Source: Chloroflexota bacterium
GTDB lineage: Bacteria; Chloroflexota; Dehalococcoidia; UBA2979
Direction: 5' to 3'
Assembly: GCA_027593235.1 (NCBI GenBank)
Contig: JAQCIU010000004.1
Location: 77,581-141,580, forward strand
DNA length: 64,000 nucleotides
Of this stretch, positions 1-9,537 are shown piece after piece. The notes beneath the pieces are model-generated. The model made no database searches. It was not told the DNA's origin and was given only the letters and a program-made list of their open reading frames with translations. Within the stretch, counting starts at the first letter, position 1. The number at the start of each line of letters is the position of its first letter. The position numbers and the translations under genes are program-made.

Positions 1-426
1 GACTGGCAGTCGGTGATCGAGACCGACCTGTCGTCGATGTTCTACTGCACCAACGCCGTCGTCACCGGCATGCGAGAGCGCAACTACGGCCGCATCATCA
101 ACATGTCCTCGATCATTGGTCAGATGGGCAACCTTGGACAGTCGAACTACGCGGCCGCGAAGGCCGGGATGATTGCGTTCTCCAAGTCCGCGGCCAAGGA
201 ACTGGCCCGCTTCAACATCACCGTGAATGCGGTCTGCCCCGGCTTCGTGGCCACCGACATGGTTGAAGCGCTCGACGACAAAATCAAAGAGGCGCTCATC
301 GCCCAGATCCCGCTGGGCCGCTTCGGCACCGTCGAGGAAGTCGCCAGCACCGTGCGCTTCCTCTGCACCGAGGGCAGTTTCTACACCGGCGCGCAGCTGA
401 GCCTCAACGGCGGACAGTACATGTAG
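1..426 (+). CDS. SDR family 3-oxoacyl-ACP/acetoacetyl-CoA reductase (FabG/PhaB-like), 5' truncated by window edge
   Basis: GRIINMSS, catalytic YAAAK, NAVCPGF, C-terminal LSLNGG; reading frame is open from base 1. Confidence 0.85.
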   Translation, partial: DWQSVIETDLSSMFYCTNAVVTGMRERNYGRIINMSSIIGQMGNLGQSNYAAAKAGMIAFSKSAAKELARFNITVNAVCPGFVATDMVEALDDKIKEALIAQIPLGRFGTVEEVASTVRFLCTEGSFYTGAQLSLNGGQYM

Positions 427-483
427 CTCCCTGTTCGCCATCCGGCGGACGAACCAGACAGTCGCCCTGGCGGGCATCCGATC

Positions 484-512
484 GCGAAGCCGCTCCCACC
501 GAGCGGCTTCGC
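484..512 (+). terminator. GC-rich hairpin, probable terminator after the SDR gene
   Basis: GCGAAGCCGCTC-ccacc-GAGCGGCTTCGC perfect 12-bp stem; weak U-tract. Confidence 0.55.
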
Positions 513-552
513 TGCATTCCGAGGACCGCCGACCCGCCGTACGATTGGCGCG

Positions 553-930
553 ATGAGCAACTCCAACCTCGTGTGGTCCAGCGACGGCGGGCGGGCAAAG
601 CCGCGCGCCGAGCCACCACGCCCCTCGCGACCTCCGAAGCGCGGGCCCAGCTCCCGAGGTGACACCGACTCGCTGCCCACCGATCCCGGCGACGGCTTCG
701 TGCGGCTGCACCGCGGCAAGTCCGCGAAAGGCGGCAAGCCGGGCACCCTCGTCGTCGGCCTGCCCGGCACGGATGCCGATCTCGACGCCGTCCTCAAGCG
801 CTGCAAGCAACGCATCGGGGCCGGCGGAACGCGGCAGCAGCGGGTGCTCGTGATCCAGGGCGATCACCGCGACAAGCTGAAGACGCTCCTCGAGGCCGAC
901 GGTCACAAGGTGAAGCTCGCGGGCGGCTGA
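553..930 (+). CDS. yciH: SUI1/eIF1-family translation factor (YciH)
   Basis: LKRCKQRIGAGGT...IQGDHRDKL...KLAGG signature. Confidence 0.85.
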   Translation: MSNSNLVWSSDGGRAKPRAEPPRPSRPPKRGPSSRGDTDSLPTDPGDGFVRLHRGKSAKGGKPGTLVVGLPGTDADLDAVLKRCKQRIGAGGTRQQRVLVIQGDHRDKLKTLLEADGHKVKLAGG

Positions 931-977
931 CGTTCGATCTACCCTCGGTCGCCCGCGCGGCCACCGAGGATTGCGGC

Positions 978-1571
978 ATGCCCCCCACTGCGAACGATCG
1001 CCCCCTGATCGGCGAGCGGATCGTCGTGATCGGCAACACCTCCAGCGGCAAAAGCACGCTGGCGGCGCGGCTCGCCGAAATCGTCGGCGGAACGCACGTC
1101 GAGCTCGACGCACTGTACTGGCGGATCCCCTGCTGGCAACCGCCGGAGGCCGCCGACTTTCAGGCCGCCGTTCGCGACTCGATCGCCGGGACCCCACGCT
1201 GGGCCTCGAGCGGCAACTACCTCGGCAGCGGCGCCCAGGAGATCCTCTGGCCGCTGGCCGACACCCTGATCTGGCTCGACATGCCGCTGCCGATGGTGCT
1301 GAGGCGCGTGGTGAAACGAAGCTGGCGCCGTTGGCGGGACGACGAGTTGCTGTGGGGCACTCAGCGAGAGAACTTCTGGGACCACCTCAAGCTCTGGACC
1401 GACGAGTCACTGATCCACTTCGCGATCCGCTACCACCGCCCAAAGCGGCGGCAGTACGCCGCCGAATTCACCGACCCGCGCTGGGCCCACCTGCGGAAGT
1501 ACCGGCTGCGGTCCCCCAGCGCCGTCGCCGCATTCCTCGACCGCATCGAAGCGAACCCAACGCTCGCTTAG
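978..1571 (+). CDS. P-loop kinase, FlaR/adenylate-kinase-like
   Basis: Walker A GNTSSGKST, ELDALYW, GNY and ADTLIWLD motifs. Confidence 0.75.
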   Translation: MPPTANDRPLIGERIVVIGNTSSGKSTLAARLAEIVGGTHVELDALYWRIPCWQPPEAADFQAAVRDSIAGTPRWASSGNYLGSGAQEILWPLADTLIWLDMPLPMVLRRVVKRSWRRWRDDELLWGTQRENFWDHLKLWTDESLIHFAIRYHRPKRRQYAAEFTDPRWAHLRKYRLRSPSAVAAFLDRIEANPTLA

Positions 1572-2740
1572 GAGCGTTCGAACACCTGCTTGCCGGTCTC
1601 GTGACGGCGGATGTACTCCCAGTCGAGCGTCGCGCCGAAGCCGGGGCCCGTCGGGACGCTGACGTTGCCGTGCTCGTCGATCGAATCGAGCTGCTCGTCG
1701 AAGTCCAGGTAGGCCGGTGGACGGGACAGTTTCAACCGCGGGTGCACCAACCCGAGTTCGTAGTAGTTGCTGTTGCGGATCGCGGCCATGAGGTTGCGCC
1801 GTTCTGGCCCGCCGACGTGGATCTCCGCGTCAAGCCCGAAACCCTCGGCCGCATGCGCGATCTTCATCCCGCCGGTGATCCCGCCGTCGTAGTCGGGGTC
1901 GATGCGGACGAAGTCGGTGCCGTCCGCGACGATGAAATCGACGTGCATCTCAAGACCGCGGATGTGCTCGGTCTGCAGCAGCGGGGTCCTGATCAGCTCG
2001 CGCAGTTTGCGGTGGCCGAACGCGGAGACGCCGCCGTCACGGTACGGGTCCTCGAGCCACATGAAGCCGTACTCGTCACAGGCGCGACCGACCTTCACTG
2101 CGTCTGCGAACGTCAGCAGCGTGCTGGCGGGATCGAGCATGAGATCCATCTTGCCGCCGACGCGCTCGGCAACCGCCTTGAGTAGGTCGAGGCGCTTTCG
2201 CATCGGCGCCTCGCGCCACCAGTGGATCTTGTAAGCGGGGTAACCCATCTCAAGGCACTGCTCCGCGAAATCGGCGTACGCCTCGGGCGTGCTCAGGCCG
2301 TCGGGCTCGTCGTCGCCCACCATCGTGCTGGCGTAGCAGGGCAGCTCGGTCCGGTACTCGCCGAGGAGCTGGTAGACCGGTGCATCGAAGAACTTGCCGG
2401 CGATATCCCAGAGCGCCATGTCGACCTGCGACATACCCATCCGCGCCTGCTGCTTCAGCGACAACTTCGCGTCGTTGTAGAACCGCTCCCGCGCGAGCGC
2501 GCTGCGACCGAGGAGCGCGTAGGCGACGTTCGCCACGCCCGCCAGTTCCGAGGCGTTGCCGCCGACGTACTCGCCGGTGATACCGAGGTCGGTTTCGATG
2601 CTCAGCACGCGCGAGCGGCGGGTCAGCTTGCCGCCCTTCTTGTAGGTCGGCATCCGCGTTTCGCGATGCGGCTCGATGTCCTGCAATTCGTACGAGAACT
2701 CGGTGATCTCGATCTTCGTGACGATCGGTGCCTGGTCCAC
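1568..2740 (-). CDS. Mandelate racemase/muconate lactonizing enzyme family (enolase superfamily)
   Basis: DMALWDIAGK, LMLD, WLEDP, QTEH metal ligands, PTGPGFG. Confidence 0.85.
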   Translation of the reverse strand: MDQAPIVTKIEITEFSYELQDIEPHRETRMPTYKKGGKLTRRSRVLSIETDLGITGEYVGGNASELAGVANVAYALLGRSALARERFYNDAKLSLKQQARMGMSQVDMALWDIAGKFFDAPVYQLLGEYRTELPCYASTMVGDDEPDGLSTPEAYADFAEQCLEMGYPAYKIHWWREAPMRKRLDLLKAVAERVGGKMDLMLDPASTLLTFADAVKVGRACDEYGFMWLEDPYRDGGVSAFGHRKLRELIRTPLLQTEHIRGLEMHVDFIVADGTDFVRIDPDYDGGITGGMKIAHAAEGFGLDAEIHVGGPERRNLMAAIRNSNYYELGLVHPRLKLSRPPAYLDFDEQLDSIDEHGNVSVPTGPGFGATLDWEYIRRHETGKQVFERS

Positions 2741-2840
2741 GGTTCACCCTCCCCAAGATTTCGCTCCGTCGGGCAGCATAACGAGCGGGCGGCAGAGCGC
2801 CTCCTGGTCGTACCCTCGCGGGTCGAAGGGAGGCTTCGGT

Positions 2841-3476
2841 ATGGCGGAACGACTGCGCTTCTCGGCGGCGGCCGCGTACCGCCACCTGCGCGAGGCCGAT
2901 CCGGTCGTTGGACGGCTGATCGACCAGCACGGCCCCTTCACGCCCCGCCCGACCACCGATCCCTACGCCTCGCTGGTGCGGACCATCCTCTTCCAGCAGC
3001 TCGCCGGCGCCGCGGCCTCCGCGATCCAGAAGCGCCTCTACGCCAGGTTCGGCGACGAGACCCGCACGCCCACCCCGGCGGAGCTGCTCGCGACCAACGA
3101 CGAGGACTTCCGAAGCGTCGGCGTGTCCCGCCAGAAAGCCGGATACCTGCGCGACCTCGCGCAGCACGTCGCCGGCGGCGAGCTGGACTTCGACCACATC
3201 GATGATTGGCCCGACGCCGAGGTCTCCGCCCACCTGGTCGCCGTCAAAGGCATCGGCGAGTGGTCGGCGCACATGTTCCTGATGTTCCAGCTCGGCCGCC
3301 CTGATGTGCTCCCGGTCGGCGACCTCGGTGTGCGCATCGGAATGCGTGTCGCGTACGACTTGACCGCCACGCCGACGGCGAAGGAGGCCCTCGTCATTGG
3401 CGAGCCGTGGCATCCGTACGCCTCGGTCGCGTCGTGGTACATGTGGCGCGCGGCCGAGACCGTGACGCCCGACTAG
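2841..3476 (+). CDS. alkA: DNA-3-methyladenine glycosylase 2 (HhH-GPD)
   Basis: ILFQQLAGAAA, VKGIGEWSA, PDVLPVGDLGV; GGAGG RBS before ATG 2841. Confidence 0.85.
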   Translation: MAERLRFSAAAAYRHLREADPVVGRLIDQHGPFTPRPTTDPYASLVRTILFQQLAGAAASAIQKRLYARFGDETRTPTPAELLATNDEDFRSVGVSRQKAGYLRDLAQHVAGGELDFDHIDDWPDAEVSAHLVAVKGIGEWSAHMFLMFQLGRPDVLPVGDLGVRIGMRVAYDLTATPTAKEALVIGEPWHPYASVASWYMWRAAETVTPD

Positions 3477-3570
3477 CATCGCGATCCACTCGCTCGGAAG
3501 AGCCTGCCGCGGCACGTGCATATAATCCGGCCCGAGCCTCGCGCCACCTCGTGAGGCACCAGCGGAAGGT

Positions 3571-4482
3571 GTGACCATGCGGATCGTGGTCTTCGGTCAG
3601 GCGGCATTCGGGCTCGACGTCTTCAACGCACTGCGCGAGGCGGGTGAGGACATCGTCGGCGTCTCGACCCCTCGGCAGAAGTCGCGGCCGGATCCGCTGT
3701 TCACGGCTGCAGGCGAAGCCGGCATCCCGGTGATCGAGACCCCCGACCTCCGCAAGGACGAACCGTTCCAGCAGTACCTCGACTTGAAACCCGAACTGCT
3801 CGTCTTCGCCTTCGTTACAGACATCGTGCGCAAGCGGGTTCTCGATGCCGCAACGCACGGCGCGATTCAGTACCACCCCTCGCTGCTCCCGCTGCACCGC
3901 GGCCGTGCGGCGATGAACTGGCCGATCATCAGCGGTTCGACGAAGACCGGCCTCACCATCTTCTGGGTCGACGAGGGCATCGACACGGGCCCCGTCCTCT
4001 CCCAGCAGGAGTTCGCGATCGAGCCGGCCGACACTATGGGTTCGCTCTACTTCAACAAACTCTACCCGGCCGGCGTGCTGGCACTCGCCGATGGCGTGCG
4101 CCAGGTCCGAGAGGGCACCGCCCCGCGTATCGAACAGGACCACTCGCAGGCCAGCTACGAGCCGCCGTGCGGCCCCGAGCACTCGAAGATCGACTTCATG
4201 AAGCCAGGCCCCGTCGTCTTCAACCTGATCCGCGGCTGCGACCCATCGCCCGGCGCCTCCGTGCAGGACGGCGCGCGTCTGATCCGCCTCTACGACGCCG
4301 GCTACCGCCCCGGCGCACCTGACGAGGCGCCCGGCACCGTAATCGCCGCCGCCGACGGCAGCGTCGAAATCGCCGCGATCGGTGGCTTCATCACCGTCGG
4401 CCGCGCCCAGCTCGAAGGCGAACGCAAGACCGCCGCCGCGGATCTGCTCGCGGTTGGCACCGTCCTCGACCGACCTGCGTGA
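3571..4482 (+). CDS. Formyltransferase family protein (Fmt-like; resembles the 10-formyl-THF hydrolase domain of ALDH1L1)
   Basis: YHPSLLPLHRG, DEGIDTG, formyl_trans C domain; TATAAT at 3521 upstream. Confidence 0.8.
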   Translation: MTMRIVVFGQAAFGLDVFNALREAGEDIVGVSTPRQKSRPDPLFTAAGEAGIPVIETPDLRKDEPFQQYLDLKPELLVFAFVTDIVRKRVLDAATHGAIQYHPSLLPLHRGRAAMNWPIISGSTKTGLTIFWVDEGIDTGPVLSQQEFAIEPADTMGSLYFNKLYPAGVLALADGVRQVREGTAPRIEQDHSQASYEPPCGPEHSKIDFMKPGPVVFNLIRGCDPSPGASVQDGARLIRLYDAGYRPGAPDEAPGTVIAAADGSVEIAAIGGFITVGRAQLEGERKTAAADLLAVGTVLDRPA

Positions 4483-4558
4483 GACCCCGCGACGCTAAGG
4501 CCGCCCGGCACGGCGGCCCGGTCGTCCGCGCCGGCGTCGCCGTTGACCGCGGCTGACG

Positions 4559-5824
4559 GTGACGATCATCGGTCGCGCCTTCCGTCCGCTCCGAGAGCAC
4601 GAACAGCTCCTGATGATCACCATCTCCACGGTCCTGGTGATGGCCGGACAGGGAGTCGTCTCTCCGATCCTTCCGGCGTTCGCGAAGAGCTTCGGCGTGT
4701 CCACCTTCGTCATCGGGCTGACGCTTACCTCGTTCGCGCTCGCGCGCATGGTGTTGAACGTCCCGCTGGGACTGCTCTCCGATCGACGAGGGCGACGGGT
4801 GCTGCTGGTCGGTGGGCCGATCGTGACGGCGGTCGGGATGTTCGGCTCGGGATTCGCGCCCGACATCTGGCAGCTACTGGCGTGGCGGTTCGTCGCTGGC
4901 GCCGGGTCCGCGATGTACATGACCGGAGCGCAGATTTACCTCGTGGACGTCTCCACGGCCCAGACGCGCGCGATGTTCCTGGGTACCAACCAGATGGCGA
5001 TCAGCCTCGGTGTCGCGCTCGGCCCCGGGATCGGCGGCATCGTCGCGGAGTTCATGGGGCTCCGCGCCCCGTTCCACGTCGTAGGCGCGAGTGCGCTCCT
5101 CGCGGGCGCCTACGCCTACTGGCGGCTGCCCGAGACCCGCCACCTCGCGTACCGCGAACCCGCCCTCGCCGATGGTGCCGTTGCGGCAACGCCGAGCGGT
5201 GGACCACCGTGGCTACGGATGATGCGGTCGCGCCGCTTCCTCGCCGTCGCGCTCGTCTCCATGATGATCTTCTTCACCCGCGGCGCCTCCCGACAGACCT
5301 TGATTCCGCTGATCGCGATCGACGAACTTGGTTTCTCCACCGGCGCGCTCGGCGGGTTCCTGATGGCGACCTCGTTGATGCTGATGGTGCTGCTGCCGTT
5401 GGCCGCGTTCATTGCGGACCGCTTCGGTCGGACGGCGGCGATCCTGCCGGGTGGGATCGTGGTTGGGCTCGCGCTCCTCGGTGTCGCCGCCTCGCACAGC
5501 GTGCCGCCGTTCGTCGTCTCCGGGCTCGCGCTCTCGGTCGGGTTCGCGATCGCCGGTCCAGCACCCGCCGCCTATGCCGCCGAGATCGCACCGCCGGAGA
5601 TGCGAGGGCTGGCAATGGGCCTGTACCGCACCGCGGGCGACTTCGGACTGCTGATCGGCGCCCCACTGCTGGGGTTGATCGCCGATGCACGAGGCTTCGG
5701 CTGGGCGCTCGTGACGAACGCGGTGCTAATGGTTGCGGCTGTCGGGTTCTTCGCCTTCGCCGCCGGCGCGGGACGGGCGGCGCCGTCGACCGAGGCCGAG
5801 GTCGCTCGCGGCACCAGCGGCTAG
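4559..5824 (+). CDS. MFS transporter (12 TM)
   Basis: GLLSDRRGRR and ADRFGRT motif A, hydrophobic helices. Confidence 0.85.
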   Translation: MTIIGRAFRPLREHEQLLMITISTVLVMAGQGVVSPILPAFAKSFGVSTFVIGLTLTSFALARMVLNVPLGLLSDRRGRRVLLVGGPIVTAVGMFGSGFAPDIWQLLAWRFVAGAGSAMYMTGAQIYLVDVSTAQTRAMFLGTNQMAISLGVALGPGIGGIVAEFMGLRAPFHVVGASALLAGAYAYWRLPETRHLAYREPALADGAVAATPSGGPPWLRMMRSRRFLAVALVSMMIFFTRGASRQTLIPLIAIDELGFSTGALGGFLMATSLMLMVLLPLAAFIADRFGRTAAILPGGIVVGLALLGVAASHSVPPFVVSGLALSVGFAIAGPAPAAYAAEIAPPEMRGLAMGLYRTAGDFGLLIGAPLLGLIADARGFGWALVTNAVLMVAAVGFFAFAAGAGRAAPSTEAEVARGTSG

Positions 5825-6348
5825 GCCGGCGGCTCGGTCCTGCCCTCGGCTTCCTCGGCATGAGGTCCGAGTACGCCCCAACCGAGTTCCTCGATCAGGT
5901 GCTGCTCGTCGGCCGCTGGCACACGCAGGAAGAGGGCAGACGCCTCGACGAGCAGCGCGCCCCCGGCGTCCTCGATCGACGATTCGACCTCGATGCGGCG
6001 CCCGCGGGTGCGCGCCACGGCGGCGCGGACGATCAACCGCCCGTCCGGCGCGGCGGGCCGGCGATAGCGGGTCTCCATCTTCGCGGTCACCCCCAGCGCG
6101 CGGTGCGACGCGAACATCGCCCACGCCATCGCCTCGTCGAGCAGTGCGACCAGCACGCCGCCATGCATCACGCCGGGGAAGCCCTGGTGTTCGCGTCGGG
6201 GCGTGTAGTCGCAGATCACGCCGCCGGCCTCGCGACGGAACTCCATTCGCAGCCCCAGCGGATTGTCGCGACCGCATGCGAAGCAGTACTGCTGATAGAG
6301 CCGTTCATCGAGGAGCTCGTCCGAGGACTGGTCGCGAGCGCCGGTCAT
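5821..6348 (-). CDS. PaaI family thioesterase
   Basis: CFACGRDNPLGL, HGGVLVALLDE. Confidence 0.85.
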   Translation of the reverse strand: MTGARDQSSDELLDERLYQQYCFACGRDNPLGLRMEFRREAGGVICDYTPRREHQGFPGVMHGGVLVALLDEAMAWAMFASHRALGVTAKMETRYRRPAAPDGRLIVRAAVARTRGRRIEVESSIEDAGGALLVEASALFLRVPAADEQHLIEELGWGVLGPHAEEAEGRTEPPA

Positions 6349-6361
6349 GGTCGGCCTCCCG

Positions 6362-6757
6362 CTACGCGAGCGGTGCGCGCGCCGTCCCGGTCAGCAGCAC
6401 GGTCCCGTGCTCGTCTTCGCAGCTCACCTCGTAGCGCGCGACGCCGTCCGTCACCTTCTGAAGCTCCGCGCGGGCGGTCACCGTGATCGGCGGCAGCGCG
6501 GGCGCACGCCAGCGCACCTTCAGGTGGCCGCCAGCCGCCCAGCGCTCACCAAAGGTGTTCGTCATCGCCTCGGACACCAGCGACAGCACCAGCATCCCGT
6601 GCGCGATCGGCTGACCGAACTGGGTAGCTGCCGCCTCCGGAGTCTCCAGGTGGATCGGGTTGGGGTCGCGCCCGCCCGCCGCGTAGCGGTTCACACGCGG
6701 CTGATCGATCAGGCGGGTGACCGGCAGCACCTCGGGGCCGGAATGCAGGTCGCTCAT
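6362..6757 (-). CDS. MaoC-family (R)-specific dehydratase, catalytic subunit
   Basis: hydratase-2 motif YAAGGRDPNPIH...IAHGML. Confidence 0.85.
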   Translation of the reverse strand: MSDLHSGPEVLPVTRLIDQPRVNRYAAGGRDPNPIHLETPEAAATQFGQPIAHGMLVLSLVSEAMTNTFGERWAAGGHLKVRWRAPALPPITVTARAELQKVTDGVARYEVSCEDEHGTVLLTGTARAPLA

Positions 6758-7191
6758 TCGGCGAGCAGATCTGGGTCGACGCCCTCAGGAACCAGCATCA
6801 CCGTCGTGCGGCCGCGACCAACGACCGCGTCGCGTGCGCGCAACTCGATCGCGAACACGACCATGCGCGCACCGCGCCGCTCGGAGTTCGAGACGACGAC
6901 GATGCTTACCTCGACGCTCTCGCCGATCGGAACCGGCGCGACGAAGTCGTACTCCTGGCCGGTGTGCACCAGGCCACCCGGCACCTTGAACCGATCCATC
7001 AGCCCACCAAGCGCGAAAGCGCCGAGCGCGAGCGGGGGCACGTAGCGACCCCACAATTCGTTTTGCTCGCCGGTGGCGCTCAGATAGAGCGTGACATCGT
7101 CGGCATTCACCAGGAGATAGAAGGAAGGCAGCGCGTAACCGCGCTCAAGGGTCGCAAACTCGCCCTTTGTCTGCGATGGGGCCTCGGGCAC
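6754..7191 (-). CDS. MaoC-like hot-dog partner subunit (HadA/C-like)
   Basis: VPP...LVHTGQEYDF; lacks D-x4-H; 4-nt overlap with downstream gene. Confidence 0.7.
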   Translation of the reverse strand: MPEAPSQTKGEFATLERGYALPSFYLLVNADDVTLYLSATGEQNELWGRYVPPLALGAFALGGLMDRFKVPGGLVHTGQEYDFVAPVPIGESVEVSIVVVSNSERRGARMVVFAIELRARDAVVGRGRTTVMLVPEGVDPDLLAE

Positions 7192-7198
7192 CGCGCCG

Positions 7199-7546
7199 TT
7201 AACCCTCGACCGTCTCGACGGTCATGTGCGATCGCCCCCATGCGGCCAGTGGCTTCATCGCCACCGCCAGTTCCCGCCCGCGCGCGGTGAGTTCGTACTC
7301 CACCCAGGGCGGGTTGGTCTCCACGATCTCGCGGTGGACCACGCCCACCTGTTCGAGTTCTTTGAGACGGTCACGTAGCGTCCGCGAGTTGCATCCGCCC
7401 ACCCGCTCCGCCAGTTCGTTGAAGCGCCGCTTGCCGCCGGTCAGTTCGTAGACGATGTGCGGAACCCACTTCTGACCGACGAGCGCCAGCGTCGTGCGCA
7501 CCGGGCAGAACTCACCTTCGCGGGTCTGGGTCAGCTTTGCTTCCAC
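7199..7546 (-). CDS. HxlR-family winged-helix regulator
   Basis: CPVRTTLALVGQKW...RFNEL...PPWVEYELT; GTG start with GGAG RBS. Confidence 0.85.
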   Translation of the reverse strand: MEAKLTQTREGEFCPVRTTLALVGQKWVPHIVYELTGGKRRFNELAERVGGCNSRTLRDRLKELEQVGVVHREIVETNPPWVEYELTARGRELAVAMKPLAAWGRSHMTVETVEG

Positions 7547-7616
7547 CGTGGCATCTCCATCAGCGACGCTAGCGCACGCCGATGTGGAGCGTCCATCGGC
7601 CCGCGGGCGCGGCAAG

Positions 7617-8066
7617 CTAGCCGAGGTGCGCCAGCACCTCGGAGTGATCGCGGGTCTCGGGCAGCGAGTCGCTCTTGGTGGTGTAAACGACCTCCCCGGC
7701 GGCGTCGATCACCACGGTCAGCCGGTTCGCCACGCCAACATCTTCGTTCCACGTACCGTAGAGACGGGCAACGTCGCCCTTCATGTCGGCAAGCAGTGCG
7801 TGGTCCAGGTTCTGCGCGTCCTTGAAGGCCTTGTGCACGAAATGGCTGTCGCGGCTGATCCCGAGCACCGTCGCGCCCTGCTGACCCCAGTCCTGGTGCT
7901 CGTCGCGGATCTCGCAGTGCTCGGCGGTGCACGGCGGCGAGAAGTCGAAGGGGTAGAACATCAACACCACAGGCTTGCCGCGGAGCGCGGAGAGGGTGAC
8001 CGGTTCGCGGTCCTGGTTCGGCAGGGTGAAGTCTGGTGCGCTCTGGCCAACCTCGATCGTCATCAC
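7617..8066 (-). CDS. Peroxiredoxin (AhpE/BCP-like)
   Basis: APDFTL, FYPFDFSPPCTAEHC, conserved Arg in NRLTVVID. Confidence 0.85.
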   Translation of the reverse strand: MMTIEVGQSAPDFTLPNQDREPVTLSALRGKPVVLMFYPFDFSPPCTAEHCEIRDEHQDWGQQGATVLGISRDSHFVHKAFKDAQNLDHALLADMKGDVARLYGTWNEDVGVANRLTVVIDAAGEVVYTTKSDSLPETRDHSEVLAHLG

Positions 8067-8212
8067 ACAATCCCTTCATGTTCGGTCGAACCAGCCACGA
8101 AACTCGCCTCAGTGGCAGGACGCCCGGAATGTTCGTCGTGCCTCGATCATAGCAACGGCCGATCGAGGTAGGTCGAGATGGCCCGAGGCGCCCGCAGCGG
8201 TGACGTCGACGC

Positions 8213-8659
8213 CTACCGCCCGTCGTCGCCCTCGAGGCCGAGCGCCGGAACCACCATGAACGTCCCGCTCGCCGCGCCGACGAGTTCGTCGCGCTCGTCG
8301 AACAGCTCCGCCGTGCAATGCGACAGGGTGCGCCCGCGACGGACCAGCCGTCCGACTGATCGCAACGTCCGGCCGTGCGCCGCACGCAGCCAGCGCAGAT
8401 CGAGCTGGGCGGTCACCGCGCGCTCTCGCTCCACCTCGATCATCGTGCGAATCGCACCACCCATCGAGGAGTCCGCCACCACCGCCCACATCCCGCCGTG
8501 GAGAACGCCGTCGCCGTTCAGCAACTCGTCGCGGACGGTGAGCGACACCTCGATCCAACCGGCGCCACCGCCGGTGATGTCCAGCCCGAGGTAGTTGTAG
8601 GACGGGCTGATCATCGAGCGCGCACGCTCGAGGGCGAGCGCATCGGAGACCTCGGTCAT
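8213..8659 (-). CDS. PaaI family thioesterase
   Basis: NGDGVLHGG...ADSSMG. Confidence 0.85.
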   Translation of the reverse strand: MTEVSDALALERARSMISPSYNYLGLDITGGGAGWIEVSLTVRDELLNGDGVLHGGMWAVVADSSMGGAIRTMIEVERERAVTAQLDLRWLRAAHGRTLRSVGRLVRRGRTLSHCTAELFDERDELVGAASGTFMVVPALGLEGDDGR

Positions 8660-9522
8660 GCGTCACGCCCGTCCGCTGCCGCGTGCGGGATCGCTGCGGT
8701 CGGCGCAACGCGACGGCGAGCCGTCGCCGCCAGCGTCACCGCGAACGCCGCGCACGCGACCAGCACGATCGCGGGGCTCGTCGCGACATTCGCATGGAAC
8801 GACAGGTGGAGCCCGACCACCGAGGATGTCGCGCCGAGGGCGACCGCCAACACCATGATCTGCTCGATCCGCCTCGCAACCAGCGAGGCGGTCGCCGCGG
8901 GCACGATCAGCATGGCGTTCACCAGCACGATGCCGATCGCCTTCAGGGCAACGACGACCGCGACCGCGATCAGCACCAGCAACGCGTACTGGAAGAACCG
9001 CACCGGAACGCCGACGGTGGCGGCCATGGAGGGGTCGTAGGCAACCATGCTCAGCTCGCGGCGGAAGGCGGCGACGAAAGCGAGCGTCGCTGCGCCGAGG
9101 AGGAGTGCGCCGAGGAGGTCAGACTGCGAGACGCCGAGGATGTTGCCGAAGACGAATGAGAAGAGGTCGGGGGTGTAGGAGGTGCGGCGCGAGATGACGA
9201 GGATGCCGAGCGAGAACATCGCGACAAAGAGGATCCCGATCGCGGTGTCGTAGGAGACGCGACCGCGCCGCTGCGTCCAGCCGATCCCGAGGGCGGTCGC
9301 GACGGCCGCGATAAGCGCGCCAAGGCTGACGTTGGCGCCGTTGACGAAGGCGATCGCGACGCCGGCGAGCGTGCTGTGCGCGAGTGCGTCACCGGAGAAG
9401 GCTAGGCCCTTGTGCACGACGAAGGTTCCGACGACGCCGCCGACGACGCTGACGACGAGCAGCACCAGCAGCGCGCGGCGCATGAACTCGAACTGGTAGG
9501 GATCGAGGATCCAGTCGATCAT
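8656..9522 (-). CDS. znuB: Zn/Mn ABC transporter permease
   Basis: GDALAHSTLAG, VFGNILGV, AMLIVPAA. Confidence 0.9.
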   Translation of the reverse strand: MIDWILDPYQFEFMRRALLVLLVVSVVGGVVGTFVVHKGLAFSGDALAHSTLAGVAIAFVNGANVSLGALIAAVATALGIGWTQRRGRVSYDTAIGILFVAMFSLGILVISRRTSYTPDLFSFVFGNILGVSQSDLLGALLLGAATLAFVAAFRRELSMVAYDPSMAATVGVPVRFFQYALLVLIAVAVVVALKAIGIVLVNAMLIVPAATASLVARRIEQIMVLAVALGATSSVVGLHLSFHANVATSPAIVLVACAAFAVTLAATARRRVAPTAAIPHAAADGRDA

Positions 9523-9537
9523 CTCGCGCCCGCCCGC

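Noticed and set aside
4543-6486. Long alternative-frame and antisense ORFs (also 54503-56353, 43857-45257, 40071-41450, 49895-51313)
   Set aside because: Typical stop-poor shadow frames of high-GC genes overlapping well-supported CDSs
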